In this document: positions 38,389 to 49,158 of the stretch, piece by piece
Layout: each line of letters opens with the position of its first letter
Position numbering within the stretch: position 1 is the stretch's first letter
Source of the DNA: Candidatus Bipolaricaulota bacterium
GTDB taxonomy: Bacteria > Bipolaricaulota > Bipolaricaulia > UBA7950 > UBA9294
Length of the DNA stretch: 64,000 nt
Assembly: GCA_028277345.1 (NCBI GenBank)
Contig: JANQGM010000011.1
Coordinates: 206 to 64,205, forward strand
Direction: 5' to 3'
Position numbers and translations under genes: made by a program
Notes under the pieces: generated by a model
What the model saw: only the letters and a program-made list of their open reading frames with translations
Database searches by the model: none
Told to the model about the DNA's origin: nothing

Positions 38389-39804
38389 GTGATAGATATG
38401 CTACGAAAGATGACAACAGCGTTGCTTCTTATGGGATTGATCGGAGCTCTCGCCGGCAGCGCACTCGCCGAAACCCCGATTCGCGGGTTCGGCTACGGCG
38501 GAGCCTTCGGCATGGCCTTCTTCCCGGACATGACGGGAATCAACGCCTTCATGTCGGAGAACGGATTTGAGCCGATGGACAACTTCCTCGCCGGGCCGGG
38601 CGGCAATGGACGGGGCGGCATCATCGGAGGTCCGGCCTTCGGCGGCGGTGGGTGGGGCTTGATGGCCCTCTCCGGAACCGAGGATCGTTATGCTGAGCTT
38701 ATCTCCGCCGGCGGCGGATTCGATCTCGGCGCCGCCATCGGTGGGGACGATTCATCCGTTCTCACGATCGGCGCCGTTCTGGGCGGAGGCGCCAACCTGT
38801 TGTCGATTACCGGCTACATCTATCCCACCGTTGATCCGCAGGGGATCGTTCCGGAACCCACGTATCGCGAAATCGGATACGCGCATGGATTTGTCCAGCC
38901 GTACCTGTCGATGGCCGCACAGATCTTCCCGTGGATGGGCTTCGAGTTCCGACTCGGCTATCTCTTCCCGGTCGTCGGATTCGAGTTCGGCGACCTGCTC
39001 GGCATTCCCGCCCCCTCGCTGGAGTTGTCTGGACCGACGGTCAGCTTTGGCCTCAGCTTCGGCGGCATCGGCTCCGTCCATTCAGACGCTGAAGAGGATG
39101 ATGTATCCCACGGCGGAAGCCAGGAGATCACGATTACCAGCGAAGGCTCGCTCGTTCTTGAAGAGGATGCGGAGCTCGTGATCGAGAACAGGGTCGGAGA
39201 GATCGTTATCCACTCCTATGCCGTCGAAGCCGACGCGTCGTCTGAACTGCGGGTTGAATGGACGGCGGCTCGAACGGCCAAAGAGAAGCACATGGACCAA
39301 CTGCAAATCACGTCGGAGGCCGCTGATCTTCAATCCACTCTTTCGACGTCCGGAGATGGGCAGGTGGATTACGAGATCCGAATTCCGGCGGGCGTCGACT
39401 TGAACGTCAAGAACGGCGTCGGCACGATTACCGTGCTGGGACATCGGGCGCAAACCATCATTGTGGAGAACGGCGTCGGAGAGATTGAGCTAAAGGAGCT
39501 TGACGCAGTCGCGCTGATTGTCGCAGGCGGTCTTGGCAGCCTGGAGATGGACGACGTTGTAGCGCAATCGTTGATTGCCAATGTCGGCATCGGTGAGATC
39601 CTCCTTGAGCTTCCCATCGATACATCGGCTCGATTGCTTGCACGCGCCAACCTGGGAGATGTCGAACTCGACCGCTTCCCAGGAATGACGGGAGGCGTCA
39701 GCGGATTTCTCGGCAAGCGTGCCAATGCGACGCTGGGACACGGCGAAACAATGATCGAACTTGGCGTTAAGCTGGGGCGCATCGCCATCTCATCGATCCC
39801 ATAA
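38389..39804 (+). CDS. Secreted Gly-rich protein with C-terminal DUF4097-like (toastrack/beta-helical adhesin-like) repeats
   Basis: Signal peptide; repeated 'VxNGVGxIxV/L' strands in C-terminal 200 aa. Confidence 0.55.
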   Translation: MIDMLRKMTTALLLMGLIGALAGSALAETPIRGFGYGGAFGMAFFPDMTGINAFMSENGFEPMDNFLAGPGGNGRGGIIGGPAFGGGGWGLMALSGTEDRYAELISAGGGFDLGAAIGGDDSSVLTIGAVLGGGANLLSITGYIYPTVDPQGIVPEPTYREIGYAHGFVQPYLSMAAQIFPWMGFEFRLGYLFPVVGFEFGDLLGIPAPSLELSGPTVSFGLSFGGIGSVHSDAEEDDVSHGGSQEITITSEGSLVLEEDAELVIENRVGEIVIHSYAVEADASSELRVEWTAARTAKEKHMDQLQITSEAADLQSTLSTSGDGQVDYEIRIPAGVDLNVKNGVGTITVLGHRAQTIIVENGVGEIELKELDAVALIVAGGLGSLEMDDVVAQSLIANVGIGEILLELPIDTSARLLARANLGDVELDRFPGMTGGVSGFLGKRANATLGHGETMIELGVKLGRIAISSIP

Positions 39805-39909
39805 ACGGCTCAGCCTGATCGCAGGAGGCCGTCGGCACGCCAGTGGAAAGCGCCGGGCCTCGGTCTCCTGCCTCTCGATGGGGGAATCATCAGCACCCAG
39901 CGCACAGAA

Positions 39910-40749
39910 CTAGGGCATCACGGTAACGCGATCGCGGAAAGGAAATCGCAATTCCTGAATGTAGTGCGTAGCCCACTGAGGATCTCGATAACTCAGCGAC
40001 CCCCGCGCTGAACGCGCAGGTCCTGCGGGGTGATCGAGCGGCACCGATAGTGTGAACTCAAGTCGAATCGTATCCCCCGGTTCCAGGTCACGATGTTGCT
40101 GGCCGTCACTGGTGATCATCCCGATAACGTCCATCCCCTCACGATACGTGCTGGACCAATCCCAGCCTCCGGGGTTCAGTTCCGGAATGGGGAGATGCGC
40201 ATAGACGATCGTGCAGTCGCCCACATCGTGTTCAGTCCCTCCCAATTTCGCCGTCTGAGTTGCCGACGGCATCCCCTCAAGCGGAAAACCATCTCCGTTT
40301 CGCGTCGGCAACAGGCAGTAGAGCAAGACGCCGTGATGGGCGACGCCGTCGGAAAAGTAGCGACGACGCAGAGCAGGGATGCCTTCGGTGTTGGTCGTCG
40401 TAAGGGTGTAGTGAAGTGAATCACCGGGACTCGCGCTCTGTGGCATCACAGAGGTTTCCATGTCAAGAAGCAGCCAACCGTCTCGGCGGTAAAACGGTTC
40501 CAACCAGCCGGTGAAATGGGTGATGGTCAGGATGGCGGCCGCCAACAGGAATCCCTTGGCGATATTTCGAGCGAGCTCCGTGCGCTCGATGGGAAGCCTC
40601 CCAAGCCCCACGAACCCGACTCCCAACCCTCCCATCACGGCGGCCAGAATCCAGACAGGGATACTGGCCAGAAGGGCAAACGGAATGGCGAAAAAAAGCA
40701 TGGCGAACATCACGGTGGACACTCGCCAGGTTCCGGATCGTATGCGCAT
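39910..40749 (-). CDS. Hypothetical membrane-anchored protein
   Basis: 279 aa, two N-terminal TM helices; downstream of ABC exporter in same orientation. Confidence 0.5.
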   Translation of the reverse strand: MRIRSGTWRVSTVMFAMLFFAIPFALLASIPVWILAAVMGGLGVGFVGLGRLPIERTELARNIAKGFLLAAAILTITHFTGWLEPFYRRDGWLLLDMETSVMPQSASPGDSLHYTLTTTNTEGIPALRRRYFSDGVAHHGVLLYCLLPTRNGDGFPLEGMPSATQTAKLGGTEHDVGDCTIVYAHLPIPELNPGGWDWSSTYREGMDVIGMITSDGQQHRDLEPGDTIRLEFTLSVPLDHPAGPARSARGSLSYRDPQWATHYIQELRFPFRDRVTVMP

Positions 40750-40770
40750 GATCAGCTCCTTGTCAGAGGG

Positions 40771-42555
40771 CTACACGATTTCCGTCTCAACGCCGTCTCC
40801 AATCGGTTCTCCCCACAGATCGTCGGCCGTCTGGACGCGATTGAGAAAGCGGTACAGTCCATCGCTCGCCATGAGTTCCTCATGACGTCCTTGCTCGGCA
40901 ATGCGTCCGTCCTTCAACACAACGATCGTGTCCGCGCTCCGGATCGTCGACAACCGATGCGCGATGACCAGCGTCGTCCGACCTTCCATCAGCCGCTCCA
41001 GAGCTTGCTGAATGAGCAACTCGGTTTCAGTATCCACCGAGGATGTGGCTTCATCGAGAATGAGGATCGGAGCATCTCGCAAGACGGCGCGAGCGATGGC
41101 CAAACGCTGTCGCTGACCGCCCGACAGCTTGACGCCACGCTCCCCGATCATGGTCTCAAAGCCATTGGGAAGCTCTCGGATGAAGTCGGCCGCATTCGCG
41201 ATCGTTGCTGCTTCTACCAGAGCCGCATCGGAAGCGTCCGGCCGGCCGAAGAGAATGTTCTCTCGGACCGTTCCGTGAAACAGGAAGACATCCTGGAGCA
41301 CAATGCTGATCTGGTTGCGGAGACTCTCCAGAGAAAGGTCTCGTATATCGCGTCCATCCAATGTGATCGCGCCCGCAGTCACGTCATAAAATCTGGGGAT
41401 GAGCATGGACAATGTGGACTTTCCGACGCCGGTCGGCCCCACCAAGGCGACAACCGAGCCGGGAGCAATGTCGAGATCAATGTCGCGCAAGACCACGTCT
41501 CCAACCGCATACTGAAAACTCACGTTGTCCAATCGGATGGCTCCACGGGCGCGATCGTCCAGGACATGGGCGTCGGCCCGCTCCGCGACATCAGGCTCCT
41601 GTTCAAGCAGTTCGGCGATACGATCCGCACCGGCCAATGCCTGTTGAATGTTCTCCCAGACGTTGCTCAATGCGCGAACGGGCTGGTAAAGAAGCTCCAG
41701 GTACAAGAAGAAGGCGACAAGATCTGCCAAGGGAAGCGCACCTCCCAATGCAAGCCGTCCGCCAAAATAGATAAGAACGATGGTTCCCAGGGCCGCCGCG
41801 AATTCGACCGAGGGGTGAAACACGGCCATCAACTTCAGCGCCTTCAAGAGCGAATCGCGATGACGCACGATGCGCTCCCAAATGCGTTCGGATTCGTTAT
41901 CTTCCCGCGTGAAGGCTTGGATCTCACGAATGCCGGAGATGTTGTCATTGAGCGCTGCGTTCAACTCGCCCAGTTCGACCTGCCGCTGCCGAAAGGCCGG
42001 ACGCACATACTTGGCAAATCCGCGCATGCCTAAGACGATGAGTGGAATCGGAAGCATGCTGAGCAGGGCCAATGGCCAACTCATGCTGACGAGCACCGCG
42101 GTCACGCCGATCAGCATCAAGACGTTGACAAGCACATCCGGAATCGCGTGGGCCACCAGTTGCTCAAGCAAATTGGAATCGTTGACGGTCCTCGACATCA
42201 GCTGACCCGTTTGTTTGTCCTCGTAGAAGCGGAGCGACAGCCGCTGAAGATGTCGGTAGACCTCGTGACGGACATCGGCCACCACATGCCACCCGGCGAC
42301 ATGCGCTGAGTAACTGCGTACGAAACGCAGCATCGCGCGAAATACGTAAACCACGAGCGCTAGAAGCGCGAGACGCGTCACCGTTCCTATCGCATCGCTC
42401 CCCGCCTCCGGATCGGTCACCGTCGAGATCATGGTTCGAATGAGTTGAGGGGCGATGAGTTGAATGCCCACCAAGGCCAGCATACTGAGCACAGTCAAGG
42501 TCAGAGCAAGCTTGTACTTCTTCAAGTGCCGAACGACCGTTCTCAATGACTTCAC
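40771..42555 (-). CDS. ABC transporter permease/ATP-binding protein (MsbA-like exporter)
   Basis: 6 TM + Walker A (GPTGVGKST), signature LSGGQRQRLAIARA, Walker B ILILDEATS. Confidence 0.9.
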   Translation of the reverse strand: MKSLRTVVRHLKKYKLALTLTVLSMLALVGIQLIAPQLIRTMISTVTDPEAGSDAIGTVTRLALLALVVYVFRAMLRFVRSYSAHVAGWHVVADVRHEVYRHLQRLSLRFYEDKQTGQLMSRTVNDSNLLEQLVAHAIPDVLVNVLMLIGVTAVLVSMSWPLALLSMLPIPLIVLGMRGFAKYVRPAFRQRQVELGELNAALNDNISGIREIQAFTREDNESERIWERIVRHRDSLLKALKLMAVFHPSVEFAAALGTIVLIYFGGRLALGGALPLADLVAFFLYLELLYQPVRALSNVWENIQQALAGADRIAELLEQEPDVAERADAHVLDDRARGAIRLDNVSFQYAVGDVVLRDIDLDIAPGSVVALVGPTGVGKSTLSMLIPRFYDVTAGAITLDGRDIRDLSLESLRNQISIVLQDVFLFHGTVRENILFGRPDASDAALVEAATIANAADFIRELPNGFETMIGERGVKLSGGQRQRLAIARAVLRDAPILILDEATSSVDTETELLIQQALERLMEGRTTLVIAHRLSTIRSADTIVVLKDGRIAEQGRHEELMASDGLYRFLNRVQTADDLWGEPIGDGVETEIV

Positions 42556-42768
42556 GGCTCACCCCTTCTGGAATTCATACGGCGTCGATGTTGACTGCAT
42601 CTGTACATTGCCAGTGAGTCTTCTGACAAGCTCGGTTTGCGGAATCTTCGACTTGAGTGTACGGCGACATCGCAAAAAACTCACCCTGTCACACCAAGGC
42701 GACGGATCGACTCCAGAAAAGAAAGACCCCTGGATGCGGTCGCACCCAGAGGCCTTGTTGATCAAGAA

Positions 42769-43686
42769 CTACAGTTCGATAAAGGGAGGCCAGAAGATAG
42801 TGAACAGGCTCGAAATCTCAACGACATACGACGCTGGCGCTCCATCATTGTCGATGACCGTTAGAACAACCGTAAAGGTCCCAACCGACTCGAAGGTATG
42901 CGTAATGGTCGCCCCACTCCCCGTGCCGCCATCTCCAAAGTCCCATTGATAGGCGACGATCGTGCCATCGGGATCATAGGAGGACGTCGCGTCAAACTGC
43001 ACATCAAAGGGGAAGAAGCCGGTCTCCGGATCGGCGGAAAAAGACGCGACAGGAACGGCATTGCCAGGTTCGGTCACAAGAATCGCCGTCGTCGCTGTAT
43101 CCGAAAGCCCATCTGCATCGGTCACCGTGAGCGTCACGATATAGGCGCCTTGAGAGCTGTAGGTGTGAATGTTGACTGGAGCGGACGATGTGCTTCCGTC
43201 TCCGAAATCCCATTCGAAGGTCAGCGTCGTTCCATCCGGATCGTTTGATGCAGACCCATTGAAGGCGACGGACAGCGGGGCTTCTCCGGATGTTGGAGCG
43301 GCCGTAAACTCAGCGGACGGCGCCTCGTTCTCAGGCTCCGTCACCAAGACGGAACGGCTCATCATGGCTTCTTGGCCGTTTGGATCGGTCACCACAAGGC
43401 GGATCTCGTACGTTCCGGGCGCAGTGTAGGTATGGAACCCACTGGCCGCTGAGGAGGCAGGCGTGCTGTCTCCGAAATTCCACGCATAGGTGAGGACGTC
43501 ACCGTCAGGATCGGATGATCCCGACCCATCATAGTGCAACGAAAGGGGCGCGGGTCCGCTGGCCGGCGTCACGGTGAAGCTCGCCACAGGCGGGCTGTTG
43601 AACAACGTACACCCTGCCAACAGTGCCAATGCAGCGACGCTGCCAAAGATGGCCATCCATCGTCGTCTCATCATCATCAATATCAC
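42769..43686 (-). CDS. Lipoprotein with three PKD domains
   Basis: Lipobox LLAGC; three repeats of 'PxSGxAPLxVxFDxSxSxDPDG...YxWDFGDG...HTY...GTYxVxLTVTD'. Confidence 0.8.
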   Translation of the reverse strand: MILMMMRRRWMAIFGSVAALALLAGCTLFNSPPVASFTVTPASGPAPLSLHYDGSGSSDPDGDVLTYAWNFGDSTPASSAASGFHTYTAPGTYEIRLVVTDPNGQEAMMSRSVLVTEPENEAPSAEFTAAPTSGEAPLSVAFNGSASNDPDGTTLTFEWDFGDGSTSSAPVNIHTYSSQGAYIVTLTVTDADGLSDTATTAILVTEPGNAVPVASFSADPETGFFPFDVQFDATSSYDPDGTIVAYQWDFGDGGTGSGATITHTFESVGTFTVVLTVIDNDGAPASYVVEISSLFTIFWPPFIEL

Positions 43687-43764
43687 CCCGGTTCAGCTTA
43701 ATCCTGAATCAGCCATTGTGGCAAATCTTGGGGGCAAGCCCTCAAATTCGGTAGAGTCAGTTCT

Positions 43765-44208
43765 ATGTCTCTCTCGATTCACGATTATGGTGTGCTCGTC
43801 TATTGGATCGTGTATGTGGCGCTCACGCTGCTTCCCCGATTGCTCTACCGGCAGTTCGCGTCATTCGATCTGCAGACGGTGATCGAGCACCATCCACGGT
43901 TCTTCCGGTTGATCGACATGTGGCCCCGGCTCACAAGCGGAATGACCGTCCTGCTACTTATCCTCGTCTTCGCCATGTGGATGAGCCCAACGTACGAGCG
44001 CGCCATCACCATGCATGTCGTCGGAGTTGGATATGGCGCGTTGCTCTTGCTTGACGCCGGTCTCGCATGGATCACGCGGATACGGCCAATCTCCGGACTC
44101 CGCCAGCGCTATATCGTCAACATCGAACGGTCATGGCGCCCCCTCCTGCAGCTGGGGTTGGCCTGCGCTTACGTAGTGATTCCCGTCATCGCACTCCTAA
44201 CCAGTTGA
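43765..44208 (+). CDS. Hypothetical 4-TM membrane protein
   Basis: 147 aa, hydrophobic helices; weak. Confidence 0.4.
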   Translation: MSLSIHDYGVLVYWIVYVALTLLPRLLYRQFASFDLQTVIEHHPRFFRLIDMWPRLTSGMTVLLLILVFAMWMSPTYERAITMHVVGVGYGALLLLDAGLAWITRIRPISGLRQRYIVNIERSWRPLLQLGLACAYVVIPVIALLTS

Positions 44209-44214
44209 CGTTCT

Positions 44215-45744
44215 TCACTGCGGTTCCGAAATCATGAGCGTGTAATCAAAGGCCTCTTCATCGAAGTAGCTTTCCACCACCACGTAGTAGGTTCCGGGTT
44301 CAAAGTAACTCTCAATCCGGCTCCAGCGGCCATTCCCATCGTCGTTGTAGGCGACTTCCCATAATTCTTCGTCGAACACCGATAGCGTGGTGTCGTACGA
44401 CGTCGACTCACCGGCACGAGGCGAGGTCTCTAGGATGAGCGTCATCGCCTCGGTCAGCGTGAACTGAAACGAATCCACGTCTCCACTTAAGTCGATCGCC
44501 GCCTCCATCAACAGAGCTTCGCCGGTCTGCCACACAATGGGTTGAGACGTTTCATCCGTATCGTTTGGCTCGATCTCAACGACGGTGCGCATCGATTGAA
44601 CCGATAGGTACAGCGCATACGGGACCAGGTCCTCTGATGCGCTTCCCGACTCCACGCTGATGAAATAGACGCCCGCTTCTAGAGGGACCGAAATGGAGCT
44701 CCAAGCGGTGTTTCTCGAGTTATCGTTCTCTGCCAACAAATCTCCGGACGAGGTGTACACGCGAAGGATCGTATCGAACTCCCCGACTCCAGGCTGAGGT
44801 TCGGTCGAAGCATGAAGAAGAAACCGCGATTCTAGGGTCAAGCGCACGAAATCCTCATCGTCATCCCCACCCAGCACTCCGGCCATCACCACGTTAGATC
44901 GGTCCGAAGATAGGACATCGAGGTCCTGCGCTGTTGCGGACGTGTCGTTCGGCTCCTCGTCCGAAAGCAGCGTCATGGGCTCAAGTGAGAGATAGTACCG
45001 ATCGATACCGAGAATTGGGAACGTCGTTTCCTCAACGCGTACGGCGTACCGAGCGCCGGGCTCCGGACGGATGAGCAAGCGACTCCAATACTCGTTTCCT
45101 GAATCGTCATCCAACGCAATGGGAAGATAACGTCCGGCATCGTCATCGAAGCGATACAGGACAAGGACTGTGTCGTCCGAGCGCGGACCGCCCGTACGAA
45201 TTCGAAGGGCATTCGCTCCGTTCGCCAGCCCACCATCGGAAATATCAAATCGAAAGACATCCATGTCCCCGGCAGGAAGCAGGGCACCGAGCAACAGCTG
45301 CGCGCCTTCAACCGTCCCCACGTCATTGGCCTCGGCAATGCCCTCATTGGATTCGCGCTCGTAGCCATTCGACAGGAGAAGCGTGTAGTCGGTCGCTCCG
45401 GACCCCGTGTTGTCCACGCGGATCAGATAGGCCCCCGCCGCCAAGGCTCGTTCCAAGTCACCGTTCTCCGATCCGGCAAGATACGTCTCATTCGAATCGA
45501 AAAGCAGCGCTCTCGTATCCGCCCCTTCAAGCCGAATGAATAGCCGGGTGTCTTCCGTATCGATTGAAAAGGCATACCACTGAAGGGCCCCTGGATGCGC
45601 CAAGGTTCCTTCAGCCGTTGCCGTCATGTACGCGGCATCATCAAATGGTCCAAGGTGGATGGCCTCTGATTGCGCCGACAGAGGATGCGACAACGCAAGC
45701 AAGCCGATCGCAAGTCCAATCGCCAAACGACAATAGATTCTCAT
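44215..45744 (-). CDS. Secreted protein with ~5 pre-peptidase C-terminal (PPC)-like repeat domains
   Basis: Signal peptide; AAGGAG RBS; repeated 'DxDxFxFxLxxxxxLxxxT....DTxLxLxD..G..LAxNDD' modules. Confidence 0.65.
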   Translation of the reverse strand: MRIYCRLAIGLAIGLLALSHPLSAQSEAIHLGPFDDAAYMTATAEGTLAHPGALQWYAFSIDTEDTRLFIRLEGADTRALLFDSNETYLAGSENGDLERALAAGAYLIRVDNTGSGATDYTLLLSNGYERESNEGIAEANDVGTVEGAQLLLGALLPAGDMDVFRFDISDGGLANGANALRIRTGGPRSDDTVLVLYRFDDDAGRYLPIALDDDSGNEYWSRLLIRPEPGARYAVRVEETTFPILGIDRYYLSLEPMTLLSDEEPNDTSATAQDLDVLSSDRSNVVMAGVLGGDDDEDFVRLTLESRFLLHASTEPQPGVGEFDTILRVYTSSGDLLAENDNSRNTAWSSISVPLEAGVYFISVESGSASEDLVPYALYLSVQSMRTVVEIEPNDTDETSQPIVWQTGEALLMEAAIDLSGDVDSFQFTLTEAMTLILETSPRAGESTSYDTTLSVFDEELWEVAYNDDGNGRWSRIESYFEPGTYYVVVESYFDEEAFDYTLMISEPQ

Positions 45745-45809
45745 GCTATCTCCTTATTCTGAGGCGGCCGTACGCCATACCGCCTTCGCCGCATCGGAAC
45801 AATGCCACG

Positions 45810-46628
45810 CTAGGCGTCCCACTGTGGAGCGATGTCAGGGTTCGTCATTCGCCCATCCGGCATCGCCAATGCGTGAATCTGCCGCATCTCATCGGCCGTC
45901 AACTGAAAGTCGAAGATCTCGAAATTCTCCGCGATATGCGCTCGTTGCGAGGCCTTGGGAATGGCGCCCACCGATGATTGCTGCACGAGCCAGCGGAGCG
46001 CGACCTGGGATGCCGATTTCTCATAGCGGCTGCCGATGCGAGCCAGCTCGTGATCCCCCTGGCAGGCGCCCTTAGCCAACGGGCTGTAAGCCATCAACAT
46101 CGAACAGGTCTCTTGCGCCGCATTCAAGACGACGTCCTGAGCAAGGTACGGATGGTACTCCACTTGATTGCAGGCGATCGGACCCACGGCGGCAGCGCGG
46201 GCATGCAGGACGGCGGGGAAGTTGCTCACACCTACCGCGCGGACCGTACCCGCTGCCACATGTTTCATCATGGCTTCGATCGTTTCTTCGATCTTGAACC
46301 GGGGATTCGGCCAATGGACAAGCCAAAGGTCGATGCACTCGACATCGAGCGCTCGGAGGCTTCCATCCAAGCTTCGAGCGACGCCATCCTCGGAGAGATC
46401 GTCCATCCACGCCTTGGTGGTCAGAAACAGTTCGCCGCGAGGAACTCCGCTCTCCTGGATCCCGCGTCCGACATCGGCTTCATTCTCGTAGATCTCCGCT
46501 GTATCGAGATGCCGGTACCCGATCTTCAACGCGTCCGTGACAGCGCTCGCACACGCATCTCCCTTGAGGCGAAAGGTACCGAAACCCAGAGCCGGAATCT
46601 TGATTCCGTTTGCGTCCACGTACTTCAT
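45810..46628 (-). CDS. Aldo/keto reductase (2,5-diketo-D-gluconate reductase-like)
   Basis: AKR catalytic tetrad context (D-Y-K-H: 'YRHLDTAEIYENE', 'LWLVHWP'); GGAGG RBS. Confidence 0.9.
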   Translation of the reverse strand: MKYVDANGIKIPALGFGTFRLKGDACASAVTDALKIGYRHLDTAEIYENEADVGRGIQESGVPRGELFLTTKAWMDDLSEDGVARSLDGSLRALDVECIDLWLVHWPNPRFKIEETIEAMMKHVAAGTVRAVGVSNFPAVLHARAAAVGPIACNQVEYHPYLAQDVVLNAAQETCSMLMAYSPLAKGACQGDHELARIGSRYEKSASQVALRWLVQQSSVGAIPKASQRAHIAENFEIFDFQLTADEMRQIHALAMPDGRMTNPDIAPQWDA

Positions 46629-46673
46629 ATCAACCTCCTAGTCATGAGGTTTTCTGTCTGACGCAGTGTACAC

Positions 46674-47369
46674 CTAGATGGTGAATCGTGATCCAACGTG
46701 AAAGTCCAAACAGTCCGCATCAAAAGCCTCGCGAAAGGCAGCGATCCCCACATCGCCCGTACAATGCCCCGGACACACCTGTTTCACTCGAAGATGCTTC
46801 AAGGTCCGTATCTCCCGATCAATCTCATCCGCCGAGCTCTTGTACAAGTGGAAGCCACCGATGACAAGGGCGAGCGGCGCTCCCGCACGCTCGGATGCAC
46901 GCGTCGCCCATCGTCCGATTCCAGCATGGGCACAGCCCGTCAGCAGTACAGGGCCGCGTTTCCCGTCCAGGATGAGCGCCTGTTCCGGAATCTGACGACC
47001 CATTTGTCCCACAGAGTGGATTCCTGGAGCGATCCGCTCAGGCCGCCGGACGCCATGAAGCGTGATCCCGTCCTTTCGGACCGTCGCATAGTGGCGAACG
47101 GCTGCACGTGGGACAAACAATTCCAGCCCACGGTGGAGCACAGCGGAGAGCGCGCCCGTGTGATCGCAATGGTCGTGACTGAGCACGAGACCTTGAACGG
47201 CCTTGAGATCGATGCCAAGACAGCGCGCGTTGTGTTCGAGCACCATGGCGTCCGCGCCACAGTCGAACAGCACGTCGTGCGCCTCGGTTCGAATGAGCAC
47301 GGAATATCCGAACCCCGGGCGACACTCCCTCTCTGCTCGGTTGTCATAGAGCACGATCAGTTCAGTCAC
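46674..47369 (-). CDS. MBL-fold metallo-hydrolase
   Basis: HxHxDH motif (LSHDHCDHTG). Confidence 0.8.
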   Translation of the reverse strand: MTELIVLYDNRAERECRPGFGYSVLIRTEAHDVLFDCGADAMVLEHNARCLGIDLKAVQGLVLSHDHCDHTGALSAVLHRGLELFVPRAAVRHYATVRKDGITLHGVRRPERIAPGIHSVGQMGRQIPEQALILDGKRGPVLLTGCAHAGIGRWATRASERAGAPLALVIGGFHLYKSSADEIDREIRTLKHLRVKQVCPGHCTGDVGIAAFREAFDADCLDFHVGSRFTI

Positions 47370-47395
47370 GATTCACTCCGAATATGCATTCGCAC

Positions 47396-48238
47396 CTACC
47401 CGCCGAATCCAAAGGTCATGTTCACGCCGAGTTCGGCGCGAACGCCTCCCCCAGCAACTCCGGCGGCGGCATAGGCCGTGAAATTGTGAAGCCGGAAATC
47501 GAGCCGCAGATCGAATCCCACGCCGAACACCGGAAGCAGAAACGCACGAACCGTGGCTCCCGCCCGAAGCAGCGCCGGAGATTCGCGAAACAGCGGAAGA
47601 ACGGATTCCGCACGCGCGAGCACCTCCCAATCGATCGTCCATCCGCCGTCTGAAATGAGCCATGCTCCCTCAATGACCGTGCGAAGGCTCATGTCAAGGG
47701 AAGACTCCCATACCGTATTCAGTTGCCACATCGCGCCGGCATCTGCCGTCCCGGCAGCAGCATGCGTCCACCCCGCCGCTGGAGTCCACTCCGGCCCCCA
47801 TCCTAGCGTCCCCGCAAGCGTGAGGAGGGGATTGCTCGCAAGAACCCAAGGCATGGGATGAAACGCGAGCTCTCCCCCAGTCGAAAGCAGGGACCAGGGG
47901 ATCAACGACAGGTCGATGCTCGCCGCCGCCGACCACCACTCAAAATCCAGCCCCGTCGACAACGTATGCCGGGCTGAAAACGCCGGTGTAAGGGGAATTT
48001 CGGTCCATCCTGTCGTAAAGAAGGGGAAGACCTGAAGCCATGCGCCGCTGGAGAGGACAACGCCCCTTCCCGCGATCGTGCACCCCACGTCAAGAACGAA
48101 CACATCATCCCGATCCGGCCAGGTGGGATCCTCTCCCACAAAGCGCGGGTCGCCCTGCCCACGGAGCTCGCCTTGCCCCCACGTCACTATCGCCACAGTC
48201 AGTAGGAGAAGAACGGACAGCCGGTTTCGTCGGTTCAT
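47396..48238 (-). CDS. Secreted hypothetical protein (possible beta-barrel)
   Basis: Signal peptide MNRRNRLSVLLLLTVAIVTWG; aromatic-rich alternating pattern; RBS GAGGGGG. Confidence 0.5.
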   Translation of the reverse strand: MNRRNRLSVLLLLTVAIVTWGQGELRGQGDPRFVGEDPTWPDRDDVFVLDVGCTIAGRGVVLSSGAWLQVFPFFTTGWTEIPLTPAFSARHTLSTGLDFEWWSAAASIDLSLIPWSLLSTGGELAFHPMPWVLASNPLLTLAGTLGWGPEWTPAAGWTHAAAGTADAGAMWQLNTVWESSLDMSLRTVIEGAWLISDGGWTIDWEVLARAESVLPLFRESPALLRAGATVRAFLLPVFGVGFDLRLDFRLHNFTAYAAAGVAGGGVRAELGVNMTFGFGG

Positions 48239-48353
48239 GACACCCCCTCATCTCAACGCAGGCCCCGGCCGTTGCGTTGGATTCAATACGTTTCTAGCCA
48301 TTCTTGCGTGAAAGGGCAAATGCACTTAGCCTAGCACGGTAAAGGAGCGTGAC

Positions 48354-49040
48354 ATGAAGAAGATTGTGGTGTTGGGGACAATTGGAGTATTGCTTTTCGC
48401 AAGCGGTTTGGCCTTCGCGCAAGATGCACCCGTGTTGGATGCGGAAACGGGCATTCGTTTGATCGCCGACCTCGCTGAATCGGCCGTCTCGAACCTCATT
48501 GAGAAGATGCATGTCATGACAGCAACCGCCAACTTGCGGACCGGAGATTGGGATCAGATGGTCGATCTTCTTGCCCAGTTCGAGCAATCTGACCTGTCGT
48601 ACAACGCTTGGTTCCTTCAATCGGACGGAAGCTATTACAAGGTTGCGACCGGGCTTGCTTCGGCCAACCTCTCGGACCGCGCGTATTTCTCACGGGTCAT
48701 GGCCGGTGAAACCACGTGGGGCGATCTCGTCGTCAGCCGATCGACCGGGCGAAAATCAGCCATCCTCACCGCTCCCATCTTTAACGGCCCCACCGTCATT
48801 GGCGCGCTCGGCGTCACGCTTTATCTCGATGACTTCAGCGACTACCTCTATCGCCGGGTTCAGTTGCCGGACGATCTCGCCTTCTATGCCTATCATGTCG
48901 CCGATTCCATCGTTACCGTTCATACGGATGCTGCTTCACTCTTGGAGCCGGTGGCCTCTGTTGCCAACCTGCCTGAAGCCGACGCAACCCAGATCTCGGA
49001 GGTCTTGGGATGGGGGTTCGTGCTCGGGCAGCGCCCATAG
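48354..49040 (+). CDS. Stand-alone periplasmic Cache/PDC-like sensor domain protein
   Basis: Signal peptide; Cache-like signature (GDWD...YNAWFLQSDGSYY...DRAYF...GETTWGDLVVSRSTGRKSAILTAPIF). Confidence 0.55.
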   Translation: MKKIVVLGTIGVLLFASGLAFAQDAPVLDAETGIRLIADLAESAVSNLIEKMHVMTATANLRTGDWDQMVDLLAQFEQSDLSYNAWFLQSDGSYYKVATGLASANLSDRAYFSRVMAGETTWGDLVVSRSTGRKSAILTAPIFNGPTVIGALGVTLYLDDFSDYLYRRVQLPDDLAFYAYHVADSIVTVHTDAASLLEPVASVANLPEADATQISEVLGWGFVLGQRP

Positions 49041-49158
49041 AGCGTCGATCCGAATCTCAGCCGCCGGGCGGCGCCCCATCGCACGTCCGGCAACCGCTTC
49101 ACTTCCCACATGGCGACTTCACCCTTCCTTCACGGAAGCCGTGTAGGCTCATGACCTC

